In this document: positions 1-14,547 of the stretch, piece by piece | How positions within the stretch are numbered: the first letter of the stretch is position 1 | How the letters are laid out: every line of letters begins with the position of its first letter | Assembly: GCF_009914755.1 (NCBI RefSeq) | Contig: NC_060929.1 | DNA: 64,000 bases | DNA from: the human T2T-CHM13v2.0 reference genome, Homo sapiens | Reading direction: 5' to 3' (one strand) | The notes under the pieces: model-generated | Seen by the model: the letters and a program-made list of their open reading frames with translations, nothing else | The model's database searches: none | Told to the model about the DNA's origin: nothing | Translations under genes and position numbers: made by a program

Positions 1-761
1 GAGAAATGCAAATCAAAAAACCACAATGAGATACCGTCTCATGCCAGTCAGAATAGCCATTATTAAAAAGTCAAGAAACAACAGATGCTGGCAAGGTTGC
101 AGAGAAATAGGGACACTTTTACACTGTTGGTGGGAATGTAAATTAGTTCAACCATTATGGAAGATGGTATGGCAATTCCTCAAAGAGCTAGAACCAGAAA
201 TACCATTTGACCCAGCAATCCCATTACTGGGTATATACCAAAGGGAATATAAATCTTTCTGTTACAAAGATACATGCACACATATGTTCATTGCAGCACT
301 ATTCAGAATAGCAAGGACATGGAATCAACCCAAATGCCCATCAGTGATAAACTGGATAAAGAAAATGTGGTATAAATATACCATGGAATACTATGCAGCC
401 ATATAATGAATGAGATAATGTTCTTTGCAGGGACGTGGATGAAGCCAGAAGCCATTATCCTCAGCAAACTAACACAGGAACAGAAAACCAAAGGCCACAT
501 GTTCTCACTTATAACTGGGAGCTGAACAATGGGATCGCATGGACACAGAGAATGGAGCAACACACACTGGGACCTGTTGGCGGGGTGGGGTGGAGGGAGA
601 GAGAGTATTAGGAAGGATGGCTAATGGATGTTGGGCTTAATACCTAGGTGATGAGTTGATAGGTGCAGTAAACCACTATGGCACACTTTTATCTATGTAA
701 CAAACCTGCACATCCTGCACATGTACTAGAACATGTACCAGAACTAAAAATGATTTAAAAA
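1..761 (+). mobile_element. LINE-1 3' end (older primate L1PA-type): ORF2 C-terminus, 3' UTR and A-rich end; continues beyond the window start
   Basis: ORF 26-406 is the L1 ORF2p C-terminal Cys-rich region ([25 protein letters not shown]...YYAAI) ending at a premature stop. It is followed by a typical 3' UTR (G-rich tract ~580-600, tacctaggtgatgagttgataggtgcag, aacaaacctgcacatcctgcacatgta). Confidence 0.95.
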
Positions 762-785
762 GATGAACTATGGAAACTTTGTTGT

Positions 786-880
786 CCATCAATCATCTAT
801 CCATTCATCTATTCCTCCCTCCATCCCTCCCGTCCTCCCTCTGTCTGTCCATCTGTCCATCCATCCATCCATCCATCCAT
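786..880. repeat. (CCAT)n-type degenerate microsatellite
   Basis: ccatccatccatcc array with cctc/ctgt variants. It explains the MDGWMDG ORFs. Confidence 0.9.
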
Positions 881-881
881 G

Positions 882-1040
882 TAGTGATGTGCTGGAACAC
901 CTCTTCCCAACTCTGTATCCAATAATGGCTTGAAGTTGGCCATGTGGTAGTATAAATATCCTGAAAATCAAGTTGGCAGCCATTACAAATCATGGCTTTT
1001 TTGTAGATCCAGTTGTTAAACATTCACTAGCATGCCACTG
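882..1040. mobile_element. MER63-like hAT DNA transposon fossil
   Basis: Terminal inverted repeats tagtgatgtgctgg / ctagcatgccactg; subterminal gttgttaaacatt matches MER63 as recalled. Confidence 0.65.
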
Positions 1041-2236
1041 ATTCTATCTAGTCCTCTCTTTTATGTAACCATCTAACCATTTATCTATGCATTCATGGGA
1101 CTCATATGAATTGGCTACCCAGGATGTACCAGGCACTCTGAGGCCCTTTGTATCTCTACTCTGAGCCTGAATGTTTGCTAGACTCTAACAGTGAGAGAGC
1201 ATGAGGAGAGTCTTTGTTTTACTGCTTGCTTTGGTACATCCTGGGAAGAATTTCTGTCCCATGATTAGACCAGAAACTACGTGAGGCCTGAGGCAGGAAG
1301 CAGCCTAGCATGTGTGGATGAGCCAACTGCATCTTCCCTCCTGTTCATATTAGACAGCCTTTGCCCCAGGACAGTGACCAGCAGCAGCACAGGAAAGTGG
1401 GGGGAGGAGGGATGGCAGATGAAGTTCCACCCGAGGTTATCGTCCCCATAGTCCCCACTGGTTTCCAGTTCTGCCTTCTGCTCCTCTTGACCCTTCTCTC
1501 TTACTCTACTCAGTTTCTCCTCACTGTTGCATCACGTGAACTGGGGTTTACGCTCCTTCTTCCTCATTTCTCACCTGTCTGCTTCAGTCCATGAGGTAAC
1601 AACACATGATCGGGAAAAAAATTGCAAACAATTTTTTAAAGAAAAAAAAGGGCACATTAGAAACCAGGAATTTGGAGCAGACTTTGGTGTGGTTTTAAGA
1701 CACGTCTGGAGTTTTTCATAATTCCCTATTCTCTGTTGCACTGCTTGCCAACTTCCTGAAACTAGTGTTTCCTTTGACAGTTATCTTACACACCCTCCTT
1801 ACACCCAATAGTCAGACAGTACTCGCTAAGTAAGCAAAGCTCCTCCAAGAATATGGCCCTACTGGAATGGCCATCCCTCAAGGCAGAGCCCTGGCAGTGA
1901 TAAAGTGTTAGGAGATTTTTAAGTACAGAGAGATGTGGAATTGGAGGGGTGATTGAAGCTCTGTAAGCAAAGGCTGAAGACCTGAGGCTGCCTATCTGGG
2001 AATCACACAGGCCGCATAATATGGAGACAGCAGCTGGGTAGAGGCAGCTGGCCCCAATAGAGAGGGCAGGCAATGGCCAGGAGGATAGGTAGGTGTCACT
2101 GGGAAAATGGCCATAGTCTAGCAGGCTTTTGGAGCCTGCAAATGTTGAGATTCTAGGAGGGTCTTCTCACTGACCTTTGCCTCAAACACTGCTGGCTGAA
2201 ATAAAGAGTGTTTCTAAGTAGCAGGAACTGACGGGA

Positions 2237-2759
2237 CGTTAGCGGTGGCAGAGATCCGAGTTACCTGAGGCGAATCCATAGGAGTGTGCAGCAACTTCAG
2301 GGTGGACTTCCCTAAAAGAATTAGACTGAGGGGCATAAGGCAGAAGGAGAGACTGAGGCAAGTGTCAGAGCGGGAGTGAAAGTCTATTGAAAACTTTAGA
2401 ACAGGAAGGAGAGGAAAGAAAGGAAGGAATATACAACTTGGAAGAGGGCCAAGTGGGTGACTTGAGAAACCAAGTACACAGCTTGATCTCTTGGCTTGGG
2501 GTTTTATACATTGGCCTCCTTCCGGGATCTTGCCTTACTTCTCCCCACTCCTGAGGTCTTACTGGGAAGCTGCTGATCAGTTTCAGGTGTTTTCTGTCCA
2601 TTAGGAGACTGCCTTTCCCTGGCACTGGCTGTGAGCAATTATTACTTTAGAGAAGCAGTTAACAACTGCCTGACCATCACCTGATGGTCACCCAACACTC
2701 CTGGTGTGTATCGAGCCCTCTCCTGCCCTGCTCATACCTGACAAGCTACCTGCTGTAAC
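2237..2759 (-). mobile_element. ERV1 solo LTR, MER50/MER83-like
   Basis: Reverse complement begins gttacagcaggtagcttgtcaggtatgagcagggcaggagagggctc; contains aagaattagactgaggggcataaggcagaaggagagactgaggcaag. Confidence 0.7.
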
Positions 2760-3004
2760 CGAATTGGGGGAGAAACCTCATGGCAATGTTTCCAAGTATT
2801 ATTTGGGCATTCTTTAACTTGGATTTTCCAACTGCATTCATCAACCAATTATTACACATAAAATGTATCATATGGTATCTGCGTATAATTTATTTCATAT
2901 AATGTAGGGTTGTAAATATATTATTATTATATGGCATGAATAATCAGAATTATCAGGATCAAAGTTGTTTGGAAATTATTTAAAAATATATATATATATA
3001 TATA

Positions 3005-3158
3005 TTTTTTTAGAGATAGGCTATCACTCTGTCACCCAGGCTGGAGTGCAGTGGCACAACCATAGTACACTGGAGGCTCAAATGCCTGGGCTCAAGAAAT
3101 TCTCCCACCTTGGCTTCCCAAAGTATTGGGACACAGGCATGAGCCACAATGCCTGGCC
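3005..3158 (-). mobile_element. Old Alu monomer (FAM/FRAM/AluJ-like) preceded by (TA)n
   Basis: About 150 bp: T-tail, gtcacccaggctggagtgcagtgg ... gagccacaatgcctggcc. Confidence 0.85.
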
Positions 3159-3739
3159 TAAAGAATTTTTAACCTAAGGACTGTTATCTGATCTTTTAAG
3201 AAGGCTTGAGAGATTTGAACTTATATTTTATCTGAACCCAAGACTCAAATCCTGGTTATGTTTTAGTCAAACCCAGCCAACATGCCTGAATTCCCAGAGG
3301 AAGATGATGTAATTTAAGAGATTTTTCAGCTGTTTTTGCTTCTTTCAGTCTTGGTTCTGGAAAATGCTAGAGTCCAGAAGCCAAAGAAAAAAGAATAAGA
3401 AAAAAAGAAAGTCAGAGTTTCCTGGAAGGCAACTGTCCTGGGGCTACACTGGGCATTTGTCTTTGCTAACTCCATTCTTACTGAAAAACGTCCTCCATTC
3501 TTACTAACACATAATTATCAGGTCAATCCTACTGAGTTCAGCCAAGAACACCAAACTACAACAAAGAATGGATATTTTCTTCAACTGGACAAGGATGTAT
3601 TGAGTACCTTCTATGTGCTAAATGCTATGGTTACACAGGTGAATGACAGCTATCCTTGCCCTCAAGTGGGGGGTTTTGCAATCTATTTAAGAAGAACAAA
3701 GTGGAAAGGAGAAAGAACACTAACAATTACTGAAGATCT

Positions 3740-4970
3740 ACCTCATTCTTTCATCTAACGAAAACTTTTTGAGTGTCCATTATGTGCCAAATATTGTTCA
3801 AGGTACTGGAGATTCAGGAATGGAGAAGACAGATGTGGTCCCTGCTCTCGTGAAGGTTTCATCCTAGTAGAGCAGACAAACACATTATAAAAATGCCATG
3901 CTGACAGTATGATGGCTTTTCAAAAAGTTAAACATAGAATTACCTTATGATCCAGCTGACAGTGTGGTGTCTTCTCAAAAAGTTAAACATAGAATTACCA
4001 TATGATCTACTACTAGGTATAACACCTAAAGAATTGAAAACAGGGATTTAAACAGATATTTTGGGCACTGGCGTTCATATGAACATTATTCACTATAGCC
4101 AAAAGGTGGGAACAACCCAAAGGTCTACTGGCACACGAATGGATAAATGAAATGTGATAAGTACATACAATGAAATACTATTGTCTTAAGAAAGAATGAC
4201 ATTTTGGTACATGTTACAACATAAATAAACCGTGACAACATTATGCTAAGTGAAATAAGCCAGAAACAAAAGGACAGATATTGTGTCATTCCACTGATAC
4301 GAGGTAATTTGAATAGGCAAATTCATAGAGACAGAAGGTATCATAGAGGTTACCAGGGGCTGGGAGAAGCAGGTAATAGGGTGTCACTATTAAATGGTAC
4401 AGAATTTTAGTTTGGCAAGATGAAAAAGTCCTGGAAATGGATAGTAGTGATGGTTGTGCAACATTGTAAATATGCTTAATGTCACCGAATTGTATACTTT
4501 AAAAAATGGTTAAAAGGGCAAAATTTGTGATGTATATTTTGCCACAATAAACAGACAAACCAAAAATGACATGCTGGTAAGGTAAGAGGATGACTGGATA
4601 TTGATTTTAGATTGGATGTCTAGGGATGGCCTTTCTGAGGAGTGTCATCCACGCTGAGATCTGAATGTCAAGAATAAGAAAGAGGTAAGGCACAATCAGA
4701 AGGAAAAGCAGTCCCCGAATATGAAACTGTAAGATCAAATACCTGAAGGTAGACACAGGCTGGATATTGGAGGAACAGAAAGGAGACCCTCTGGTCTTCC
4801 TCTGGTGGAGGAAGTGTGAGGGGTGGTGAGTGATCAAAATGTAAGATCTAAGATGTAAGCAGGAGACTTTTTCCAGTCAGCATGAGGGCTGACTTCTACT
4901 GGACTTTATTCTACCTTAATAGGAACTCTCTGGGGGATTTTAAGCAGTTGAGTAACATGAGAAGGAGGAA
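3740..4970 (-). mobile_element. LINE-2 fragment interrupted by an L1M insertion
   Basis: L2 3'-end motifs (tgagtgtccattatgtgcca, ggtccctgctctcgtgaag) resume after 4576 (ggctttctgaggag...gctgagatctgaa, ggattttaagcag). Confidence 0.7.
3904..4561 (+). mobile_element. Old L1 (L1MB-like) 3' fragment with 15-bp TSD
   Basis: L1M ORF2-end and 3' UTR motifs (aaacatagaattaccatatgatc, acattatgctaagtgaaataagccag, gatagtagtgatggttgtgcaaca). TSD aaaaatgccatgctg 3889-3903 / aaaaatgacatgctg 4562-4576. Confidence 0.85.
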
Positions 4971-5312
4971 ATATATCCTGTTTTGGGCAATTTTAGATGG
5001 ATTCATAGTGGTAACATTTTACCTGGGACTTAAGTCATAGACATTCATGGGGAGGAAAGCTAGCAAAATTGTTCCAGAGTAGTACCAGCAGAGACTCAGA
5101 GTTAGGGGTTTAGACTTTTTTTTAAAAAAAGCAATATTTAATTTGAAGATCTTAGAAAATGTAAAGCCACGCTTATCACAGTAGTGTGTTACGTACCAGG
5201 AACCACGTGGGCCATAGAGTAATCATCTTCTTGGAGTAAATTTTGCTCAGATTACTGAACTTTTTTACATAATTTTAACTAATTTTTTAGTTGAAAACAA
5301 TGTTTTTTAAAA

Positions 5313-5400
5313 AGTTTAATTATATGTTTTATTTAACCCAAGATATCCAGAATAGTATTATTTTAACATAATCAACATAAAAATTATTGAGATTTTTTAT
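5313..5400. mobile_element. MER33/Charlie-like hAT fragment
   Basis: tatgttttatttaacccaagatatccagaatagtattattttaacataatcaacataaaaattattgag resembles MER33. Confidence 0.55.
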
Positions 5401-5417
5401 GATCAATTTTGAAACTT

Positions 5418-5717
5418 ATTTATTTATTTTTGAGGCAGGGTCTTGCACCGTCACCCAGGCTGGAGTGCAGTGGCACTATCGCAGCTCACTGAAGCCTCGA
5501 ACTCCTGGGCTCAAGGGATCCTCCTGCCTCAGCCTCTCAAGTAGCTAGGACTACAGGCATGTGCCAACACACCCAGCTAAATCTAAAAACTTTTTTTTGT
5601 AGAGACAGGGTATCACTTTGTTGACCAGGCTAATCTTGAACTTCTGGGCTCCAGCAATTCTCCTGCCTCTGCCTCCCAAAGCGTTTGGATTATGGGTGTG
5701 AGCTACCACGCCCATCC
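5418..5717 (-). mobile_element. AluJ
   Basis: Full dimer with J-type gggctcaag; TSD aattttgaaactt / aattttgacactt. Confidence 0.93.
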
Positions 5718-6846
5718 TAATTTTGACACTTTAAAAAAATGTCACCACTTTTTAACAGTCATTTCTTCCTTTCCTTTGAATTGTGGTAAAATACACACAG
5801 TATAAAATTCAATATTGAAAATCATACTTTTATATTGCAATAAATAAAGATGTATTATGCAGTGTAATGTACTATTTGTATAGATTTTCCAGGCGTTTCA
5901 GGTTTTGGATGGCTGCCTGTGGCTACACACCAGACATCCATCCATTCATACATCTACTCTCATCTATTGTTAAGGAACATTTCATTAAAAAAGTTTGTGA
6001 ATGACTGAATTGTAAATGACATCCCTGTATAAATGGTTATCAGATAATTCTTATATGAATCTTCTTTTGCTATTGATTCATCTATCATAAAAATAATCAG
6101 TTTTCAAGTTATTAGGCTGCCTCTGAATTTTATCTTGCCTTTCTTTGTATTTCCAGGTTAGTCCCTCTAAACATTTACCCAACTTTTGGTCTTTATGATA
6201 ATGAAGACATCTGACCTCTGGTTGGCCATTGGATTGTTGAAGAGGACTTCGGGAGACCAGGTAGTTCACTGGGTCAGTTGGCTCAATTCAGAGGCATTCA
6301 CTCATTCTTGCTCTTCGTCCCACCCCAGAGTGTCCTGTAATCTGAATGAACTCTCCCTCTCTGATCTAAGCATTTTTCGATTTGCAATTTTCATGGAGAT
6401 AATTCTAGGTTTATATGCAATTTTAAGAAATCAGACGGCTAGATCTCGTGTATTCTTCACCCAGTTTCTCCCAATGTAACATTTTACAAAACATTAGTAT
6501 ACTATCACAACCAGGAGATTGACATTACTACAATCCATCCATCTTTTTCAGATTTTCCCAGCTTTATTTGTACTCACGTGTGTGTATGTGTGAAAATTGC
6601 ACAGTTCCATAAAATGTTATCACCTGTATAGGTTTGTGTATCCACCACCACAGTCAAGATACTGACAGTTCCAACATCACAAGGATCCCTTATTTTGCCC
6701 ATTTACAACCACTCCTACCTTCCTCACCCACCCCATCCCTATACCCTGGCAACCATTAACAAATATGTCCTCCAGTTTTGAAATGTCATTTCAAAAATGT
6801 TATATAAATGGATGCATACAGTATGCATTCTTTTGAGAAAGGCCTT

Positions 6847-7264
6847 TGTGTGGTTCCTGGGTAGTAATAATGAGTCTGACTCCATTTTCTGATGTTTGCT
6901 AGTAGCTTTTATACCCCACTCTTCTCATTTCCCATTTTGCCCCACATCTGGGCAAGCTGATAAGAAAGCCTGGGTTCTTCTGTTGGCACTGAGATTCCAA
7001 CCATGTGGGCCCCCGCCTGTGTGCAGGAACCCTCACCCCAGCCCCACTCCCCAACGCCTAAGAAAACTTCAAGTCAGTTTTCTTTCCCTGCTCTCTTACG
7101 CTGTTTTTGGACCTGTTTGGGAAGCTTTCCCAGCTGTCTCCAGAAAACCTCATTATGTGCGTAATAAACCTTTTCACACTCTTTCGATGTCTATCTGGTG
7201 TCATCATTTGAACCATAGTTTAGGTGGGAATTTATCCTATTTCTACAGAATGGCTACAATAACA
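6847..7264 (+). mobile_element. Solo LTR (LTR47-like, tentative)
   Basis: TG...CA termini, ~418 bp, AATAAA at 7163-7168, motif ccccacatctgggcaagctgataagaaagcc; interrupts the L1M. Confidence 0.6.
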
Positions 7265-7404
7265 TAATTCTTGGATATTTATCCAATTTGTTGCCTGTAT
7301 AGTATTCCATGGTAGGTATGCATCACAATTTGTTTAACCATTCACCTGTTGAAGGACATTTCTGGCCTTTCCACTTTTTAGCTATTACAAATAAAGCTGC
7401 TATG

Positions 7405-7732
<328 letters not shown>

Positions 7733-8113
7733 TCATGTGCAGGGTTTTATGTGAACATAAGTTTTCCTTTCCCTGTGATTAAATGCCCAGGAGTTCAATT
7801 GCTAGGTCATATGGTACTTACATAATTGCTTTTTAAAGAAACTGCCAAACTATTTTCCAGAGTAGTTGTACCATTTTGTGTTCCTATCAGCAATGTTTGA
7901 GGGATCCAGTTTCTCTGCATCCTCATCAGCATTTTATATGGTCACTATCTTTTTCTTTAGCCTTTCTGATAGGTGTGTGGTCATATTATGGCTTTAATTT
8001 GGCTTTCCCTAACGGCTAATGGTACTGAACATCTTTTCATGTGCTTATTTGCCATCCGTATAGCCTCTTTGGTGAAATGTCTCTTCATGTCTTTTGCCCA
8101 TTTTCTAATATGA

Positions 8114-8314
<201 letters not shown>

Positions 8315-8855
8315 TGACCTGTTTGTGTACTGACAAGTACTTACTGGGATATGGAGATAGCCTGAGCTGTTTAAATAGTGTTATGAAATCAGTGTTGAAA
8401 TAAACAGTTGAAGAAGGAAGGATGACTGGTGTGTCTGTGTGGGGGTGTATATGTGTATGCATAGTTGTGTACGACTGTAGCAGGTATTAATCTTAGTTCC
8501 CTATATTCAAGTGTGCATCGCTTTATTTTCTTTAAATCATCTGAGTACCCATCCTCCTAGGCTGGTGGGAAATTCACACTCAGCCCTTGGTGTCTCTCCC
8601 TGCCCTCCAAAGTGTGTAAAGGTCATTAGGTCTTATTAAACACTCTGGCACAGGGAAGACTGTCACTCTAGTTTACAGCTGTGGGTCCACACTGTTTTCC
8701 ACTAAAGCACCAGTCCATTGTCCCAACCTGTATATCTCATGCTGGGCAGCTCAGCTGCTAATTCCCCGTTCTTAGTGCATAGGACTCTGTGATGAGGTTG
8801 GGAGCATCTAATCTCCCATGTTTCCTCACAGCCTCTGAGGTCTTGACACCTTCTC

Positions 8856-9062
8856 ACAGTCCAGTAGAAATTTCTGCAATGATGGAAATGTTCCATAACT
8901 ACTCTGTCCAGTATGGTAGCCACTAGACATATGAGGCTATAGAGCACTTAAAATGCAGCTAGTGCCACCGAGGAGCTGAATTTTTAATTATATTTAATTT
9001 TAATTAATTTAGAACTTTAAAACCACACATGGATATTAACTATTGAGGTGGGCAGTACAGCC
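8856..9062. mobile_element. MER3 hAT-Charlie fossil
   Basis: tccagtagaaatttctgcaatgatggaaatgttc...ggtagccactag...gagcacttaaaatg. Confidence 0.8.
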
Positions 9063-9212
9063 TAGGGGGTACTGCCACATTCTTGGTTATGATTTATCCT
9101 TCTCTTTTGGCTTTCTAACACCTGAAGAAAATCTCTCTTCCTTTCTTGTTGTCCCCAAAACACATCTTATCTCTCCTTGGGGACGTCATCCGCAATCTCT
9201 ATGATGGTATTC

Positions 9213-9329
9213 ATTTTCTATTTATCTACTTATTTATTTATAATATCTTATTTTTAGAGTCAGAGTCTTGCTATGTTGCTCAGGCTGGCCTCCAACTTCT
9301 GGCCTCAAGTGATCTCCCACCTCAGCCCC
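9213..9329 (-). mobile_element. Truncated FLAM/Alu fragment
   Basis: T-rich tail then gagtcttgctatgttgctcaggctggcc...gtgatctcccacctcagcc. Confidence 0.75.
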
Positions 9330-9508
9330 GTAAAGCTTAATTTTCATAAAAAACTGAAAAAGCCTCAAATCCTTCTATTTCTCCCACCCTGCAAAAGGGC
9401 TGAGATAAAAAAAATGCCAAGGATTTGGCTACCTCCTTGAAATTGAGAAGAAAGAAGTATAGGGAAGACAAACGTGAGCCAATATGTCAATAAATTGCCA
9501 TGCCGTGG

Positions 9509-9961
9509 TGATATAGTTTGGATGTTTGTCCCTGCCCAAATCTCATATTGAAATGTAATCCCCCACATTGGAGGTGGAGCGTGGTGGGAGGTGGAGCGTG
9601 GTGGGAGGTGATTGGATCATGGGAGTAGATTTCACATGAATGGTTTAGCATCATCTGCTTGGTACTGTCCTTGGAATAGTGAGTGAATTCTCGTGAGATC
9701 TGGTCATTTAAAAGTGTGTGGCACCTCCCCTCCTCTCTCTCTCTGTCTTCCTTACTCCTACTTTCACCATGTGACATGCCTGCTTTCCCTTCGCCTTCCT
9801 CCATGACTGTAAGCTTCATGAGGCTTCCCAGAAGCTGAGCAGATGCCAGCACCATGCTTCCTGTATAACCTGCAGAACCGTGAGCAAATGAAACCTCTTT
9901 TCTTTATAAATTACCCAGTCTCAGGTATTTCCTTATAGCAATGCAAGAACAGACTAACACA
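9509..9961 (+). mobile_element. MSTA-type MaLR solo LTR
   Basis: tgatatagtttggatgtttgtccc ... gcaagaacagactaacaca; internal 17-bp tandem duplication ggaggtggagcgtggtg at ~9570-9603. Confidence 0.88.
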
Positions 9962-11612
9962 CACAGTAATACAGTATGACTTAGGTAGGTATCTGAATGA
10001 TGTGACACCACCCTTGTGTCACATCTGTCAAGAGCTTCAGTCTAATGTGTGTATAGCACTCCGTGGTTTACCAAACCTCACACCACTGAACATGTCGCTA
10101 CATTGCTCCGACTTTACACACAAAGGAATGGAGGTTGGGAGCAGTTAGCAGAAGCTTAAGCAAGTGATTTCTGTAACTATGGTGAGACTTGAATCCACCC
10201 CTACACAGCATCCTGGGCTGGCCACTCTGCAGGGCAGATGGAGAGTGATTTACAAGCAGAGTTTTCCGCTCAGCCAAGATTGGAGATTCAGATGCTTCCC
10301 CTCTTGGCCATATTTTCTTTTGCAAATAATCAGGCAAATAACCTGATCAGGCAAATAACCAAAGAGATTATTTGCATAATGTTATTGCTTTGGTGTGTTA
10401 TTTGTTGGAGTGTGTTAAATAACCACGAATGTTTATTAGTCAGCTCTTCCTCTGCCAGCAGAAGAATGTGGTCCCTGAGATACTTTCACATCCTGTTGTG
10501 GTGTTGAAGTAATTAGGAGGGTGTAACAGGGAGGGGGTTAACCCTTGTTGCAGCCCTGGCTGAGGGGAACATATAGATACAAGCTCGTTAAGAGCACAGT
10601 CAGTTAGTAGCCTGACATTAGTCCTTGAGAAGTTACCCTTAATCAGACATCCAAATTTCCCTAACATTGTCTGATTCTTTAGGAAAATACAGAATCATCT
10701 ATTGGCTACGTTTACAAATGTTTTGGTTGATTTCTATGGTCACCCTCTACCCTAATCCAGAACAGAACAGACTGAATATTTAAGGATCATCCTATGTAAA
10801 TTCAGTTCATTCAACCTCTGCTTTTTAAAAATCTCCTCCTTATGGGTGTTTGCCCCATAATCTTTGCTTACTTTCCAGGTGCTGAGCTTGACCTGCTGAG
10901 GAGTCTGTCAGTCTCAGGCTGCTGCTAGTCCCTTGATAAGATAGACGCATTTCCCTGAGAGATATATTTTAAACATATCACTTCCTTCTGGTTTTTAAGA
11001 TCATTCTGCTGTCTCTTGAACATCTTCAAGGTAGCCCTAAGCCTGCTGGCCTCACCCGCCCCAGTAGGAAGCATGCCCAAGATGGTCCTTTCCCCACCCA
11101 GAGAGAGAATCACCATGCCCTGTCTCCTGAACATGACTTTGACTCTACAGTCAAAAAAAAATCCCTTGGGCCTTTGTTTCCTACTTCACCCTGCGGGTCC
11201 CAGGGTAGTCTGCTCTCTGTTGTCCTCCAGGTCCCCTTCTAGATTCCATTCTCCTGCTGACTAATGGTGTCTGGAATGACGTTCTAGAAATTATTTTCCT
11301 CTCCAGGAACAACTTAAGGGGAGGAAGAAGAGGATGCCAGCTAGGAAATCGTGTCTACTGATTCCTAGTTTGTCTTTCACTTGCCTGGAATGGTAACCCC
11401 AGATATTTCCAAGAGGTTTCAGTCTATACCTACTTTAGCTTATTCCTGAAAGCATAAACGCCACTCACATAAGCCTTTATCTGGTAAAAGAAAGGAGAAG
11501 TGGGGGTGGGGGCTGGAAATGATGGGGAAGCAACTTGACTGGTTTGAGGGGGGATGTTTACAGTGTTGGGGTGAGGCAGGGTGCCTGGAGCAACACATTG
11601 TGAATTCTGGAA

Positions 11613-11644
<32 letters not shown>

Positions 11645-11873
11645 AATTAGAGACAGGGTCTTGTTCTGTACTCCAGGCTGGAGTGCAGTAGCACAATCAT
11701 AACTCACTGTAACCTCAAACTCCTGGACTCAAGCGATCCTCCCGCCTCAGATTCCCAAGTAGCTAGGACTACAAGTGTGCTTCACCATGCCTGGCTAATT
11801 TTTAAATTCTTTAATGTAGAGATGATGTCTCACTATATTGCCCAGACTGATCTTGAACTCCTGGGATCAAGCG
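11613..11873 (-). mobile_element. AluJ, 5'-truncated, (TTC)n tail
   Basis: Antisense Alu ending within the left arm at gggatcaagcga. Confidence 0.9.
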
Positions 11874-11998
11874 ATAACTTGTTGTTATAATAGTTAATAT
11901 TATTGTTAGTAATGAGCTATTCCTAATAAGGACCATTCAAGTTATTGCTTTGGCAGAGGAGCAATTAAAGAGTAGATTCTTTCCAATTTTCCTCTTAG

Positions 11999-12316
<318 letters not shown>

Positions 12317-12961
12317 GAGGGTGGGATTTTTAAACTTGGATTTTATCGGCATACGCACTGGGGCTTACGTTTGTCATAAACACTAGAAAAAACAAAACAC
12401 TGTCCACTTAATTTGAAGGCAACAAGGCATGGTGCAGCTGATCTGTTTTCCAAAGCTGCAGCCATAGGTCCCTTTTCCTTCTCCACTGTCACCCGAGCCA
12501 TGTTCCTAGCTGGTCTCTATTACAGTCTTCGCCAAGGACAAACTCTGACTCAGGAGACAGTGACAGGAGGCAATCTGTCATGTTTCTCAGTCAGTGACAC
12601 TCTCCCAACCAGCATCACTCAACCCACCCTCACCCCAGACACTAGATTCCCACCCTAGGGCAGCTAATCCAGACGTAAGGCATCTAATCGGAGACCTTTT
12701 CCCTTCCTCCTTTTCATTCCATCCCCCACAGCAAAGCTGTCATCTTGTGTGTTAAACATTCCTGGCCTTGCCAAGTAACTGAATAATGGGATAAGCTGCT
12801 TGTATTGTGACAATGGGTTGTAACAGCCAGAGCCTAGGATGGGAGCGGTGCTCATGCCTTCAAGGGCAGGTGGGTACCAATGTGAGATGTTGGGTATGCC
12901 ATAATTGGGAAATACTGGGCTGACGGCAACTTGGGTAGCAGCAAAAACTCTGCCTATAGGG

Positions 12962-13345
12962 ATTATCTTAGTTCGTTTTATGCTTCTATAACAGAATTCC
13001 TGAAACTACGTAATTTATAAGAACAGAGATTTATTTCTTACAGTTCTAAAGATTGGGACGTTCAAGGTTGAAGGGCTGGCATCTGGCAAGGGCTTCTCGG
13101 TGCATCATCCCATGAAGGAAGGCAGAAGGTCAAGAGATCACGCACATGAGAGAAAGAGGGAAGGGGCTGAACTCATGCTTTTATCCGGAAGCCACTCCTG
13201 CAATACAGGCCTTAATCCATCCAGGAGGGCTCTGCCTCTTCACCCTCATGACCTACTCATCTCTTAAAGGTCTCACCTCTCAGTGCTGTTGCATTGGGGA
13301 TGTTTCCAACACAAGAACTTTGGAGGACACATTCAAACCCAAGCA
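12962..13345 (-). mobile_element. MaLR LTR (MSTD/MLT1A-like)
   Basis: atttatttcttacagttct...caaggttgaagggctggcatctggcaagggc ... ggaggacacattcaaacccaagca. Confidence 0.8.
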
Positions 13346-13421
13346 GGAATTTAAATTTGATTCAAAATGCTGGTGGCTATAGTTTGTTGTCCCAGATGAA
13401 AGTGTGAACTTCTTGTTTTAA

Positions 13422-13742
<321 letters not shown>

Positions 13743-14278
13743 CTCTTTTAAGAACCCAAGTTTGGTGTTCTGAGGTGAAGGGCTGCATGAGATAAGAATA
13801 TGGTTGGGATAATTTTGAGCATGTTCTTCATTAGCAAAAGAAATGTTTCTCCTGAACAAAAGTTGCCAAGGGCATTGAAGTTAAAATGTTTTGATAAAGA
13901 TAACGGAAAGCAGTCCTGCCAGCCCATTGGCCATCATGGTTCTCAAAGACTTAGGGAGGAGAAAAAACTTTGGAGCTGGAATCTGCAATTCTGTTGTTGG
14001 TTCTGGGTCTAGAAATGGAAAACTAGGCCCTGCTGGAAACAAAAAGAGCATCTCCCTGATAAGACCAGCAGGCAGATAAGAGGGGTTTGTGGGGTTTTAT
14101 TAGGCTCAGAAGCCTCAGAGCTAAACTTCTAGATTTTAAAACAGTTTAGAGTAAGATTTATGGAACAAGATCAGTGATTAGTAATCTGTAATTATAGTGA
14201 GATAAAGTACTACTTGTATAATATACATGTTCTTTCTAAGAATTCATAAGCAAGGAAAAATAATGAGAAAGATTTAAG

Positions 14279-14547
14279 GGCCAGGTGCAGTGGCTCATGA
14301 CTGTAATCCCACCACTTTGGGAGGCTGAGACAGGTAAATTGCTTGAGCTCAAGAGTTCAAGATCAGCCTGGGCAACATGGCAAAACCCCATCTCTACAAA
14401 AAAATAAAGAAATAAAAATTAGCCAGTCGTGGTGGTGTGTGCCTATAGTCCCAGATACTCACTCTGGAGGCTGAGGTGGGAGGATCACTTGAGCTCAGGA
14501 GGTGGAAGTTGCAGTGAGCCAAGATCACATCAGTCAAGCCTGGGTGA
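14279..14547 (+). mobile_element. AluJ, 3'-truncated
   Basis: J-type ttgagctca in both arms; ends at gcctgggtga with no poly(A). Confidence 0.9.

Noticed and set aside
26-406. 126-aa ORF as a functional gene
   Set aside because: It is the L1 ORF2 C-terminus with a premature stop, so a retrotransposon remnant.
10321-10360. Small direct repeat caggcaaataac (also cactaacttaaact at ~14630 and agtcctgac at ~21125)
   Set aside because: Ordinary slippage micro-duplications.
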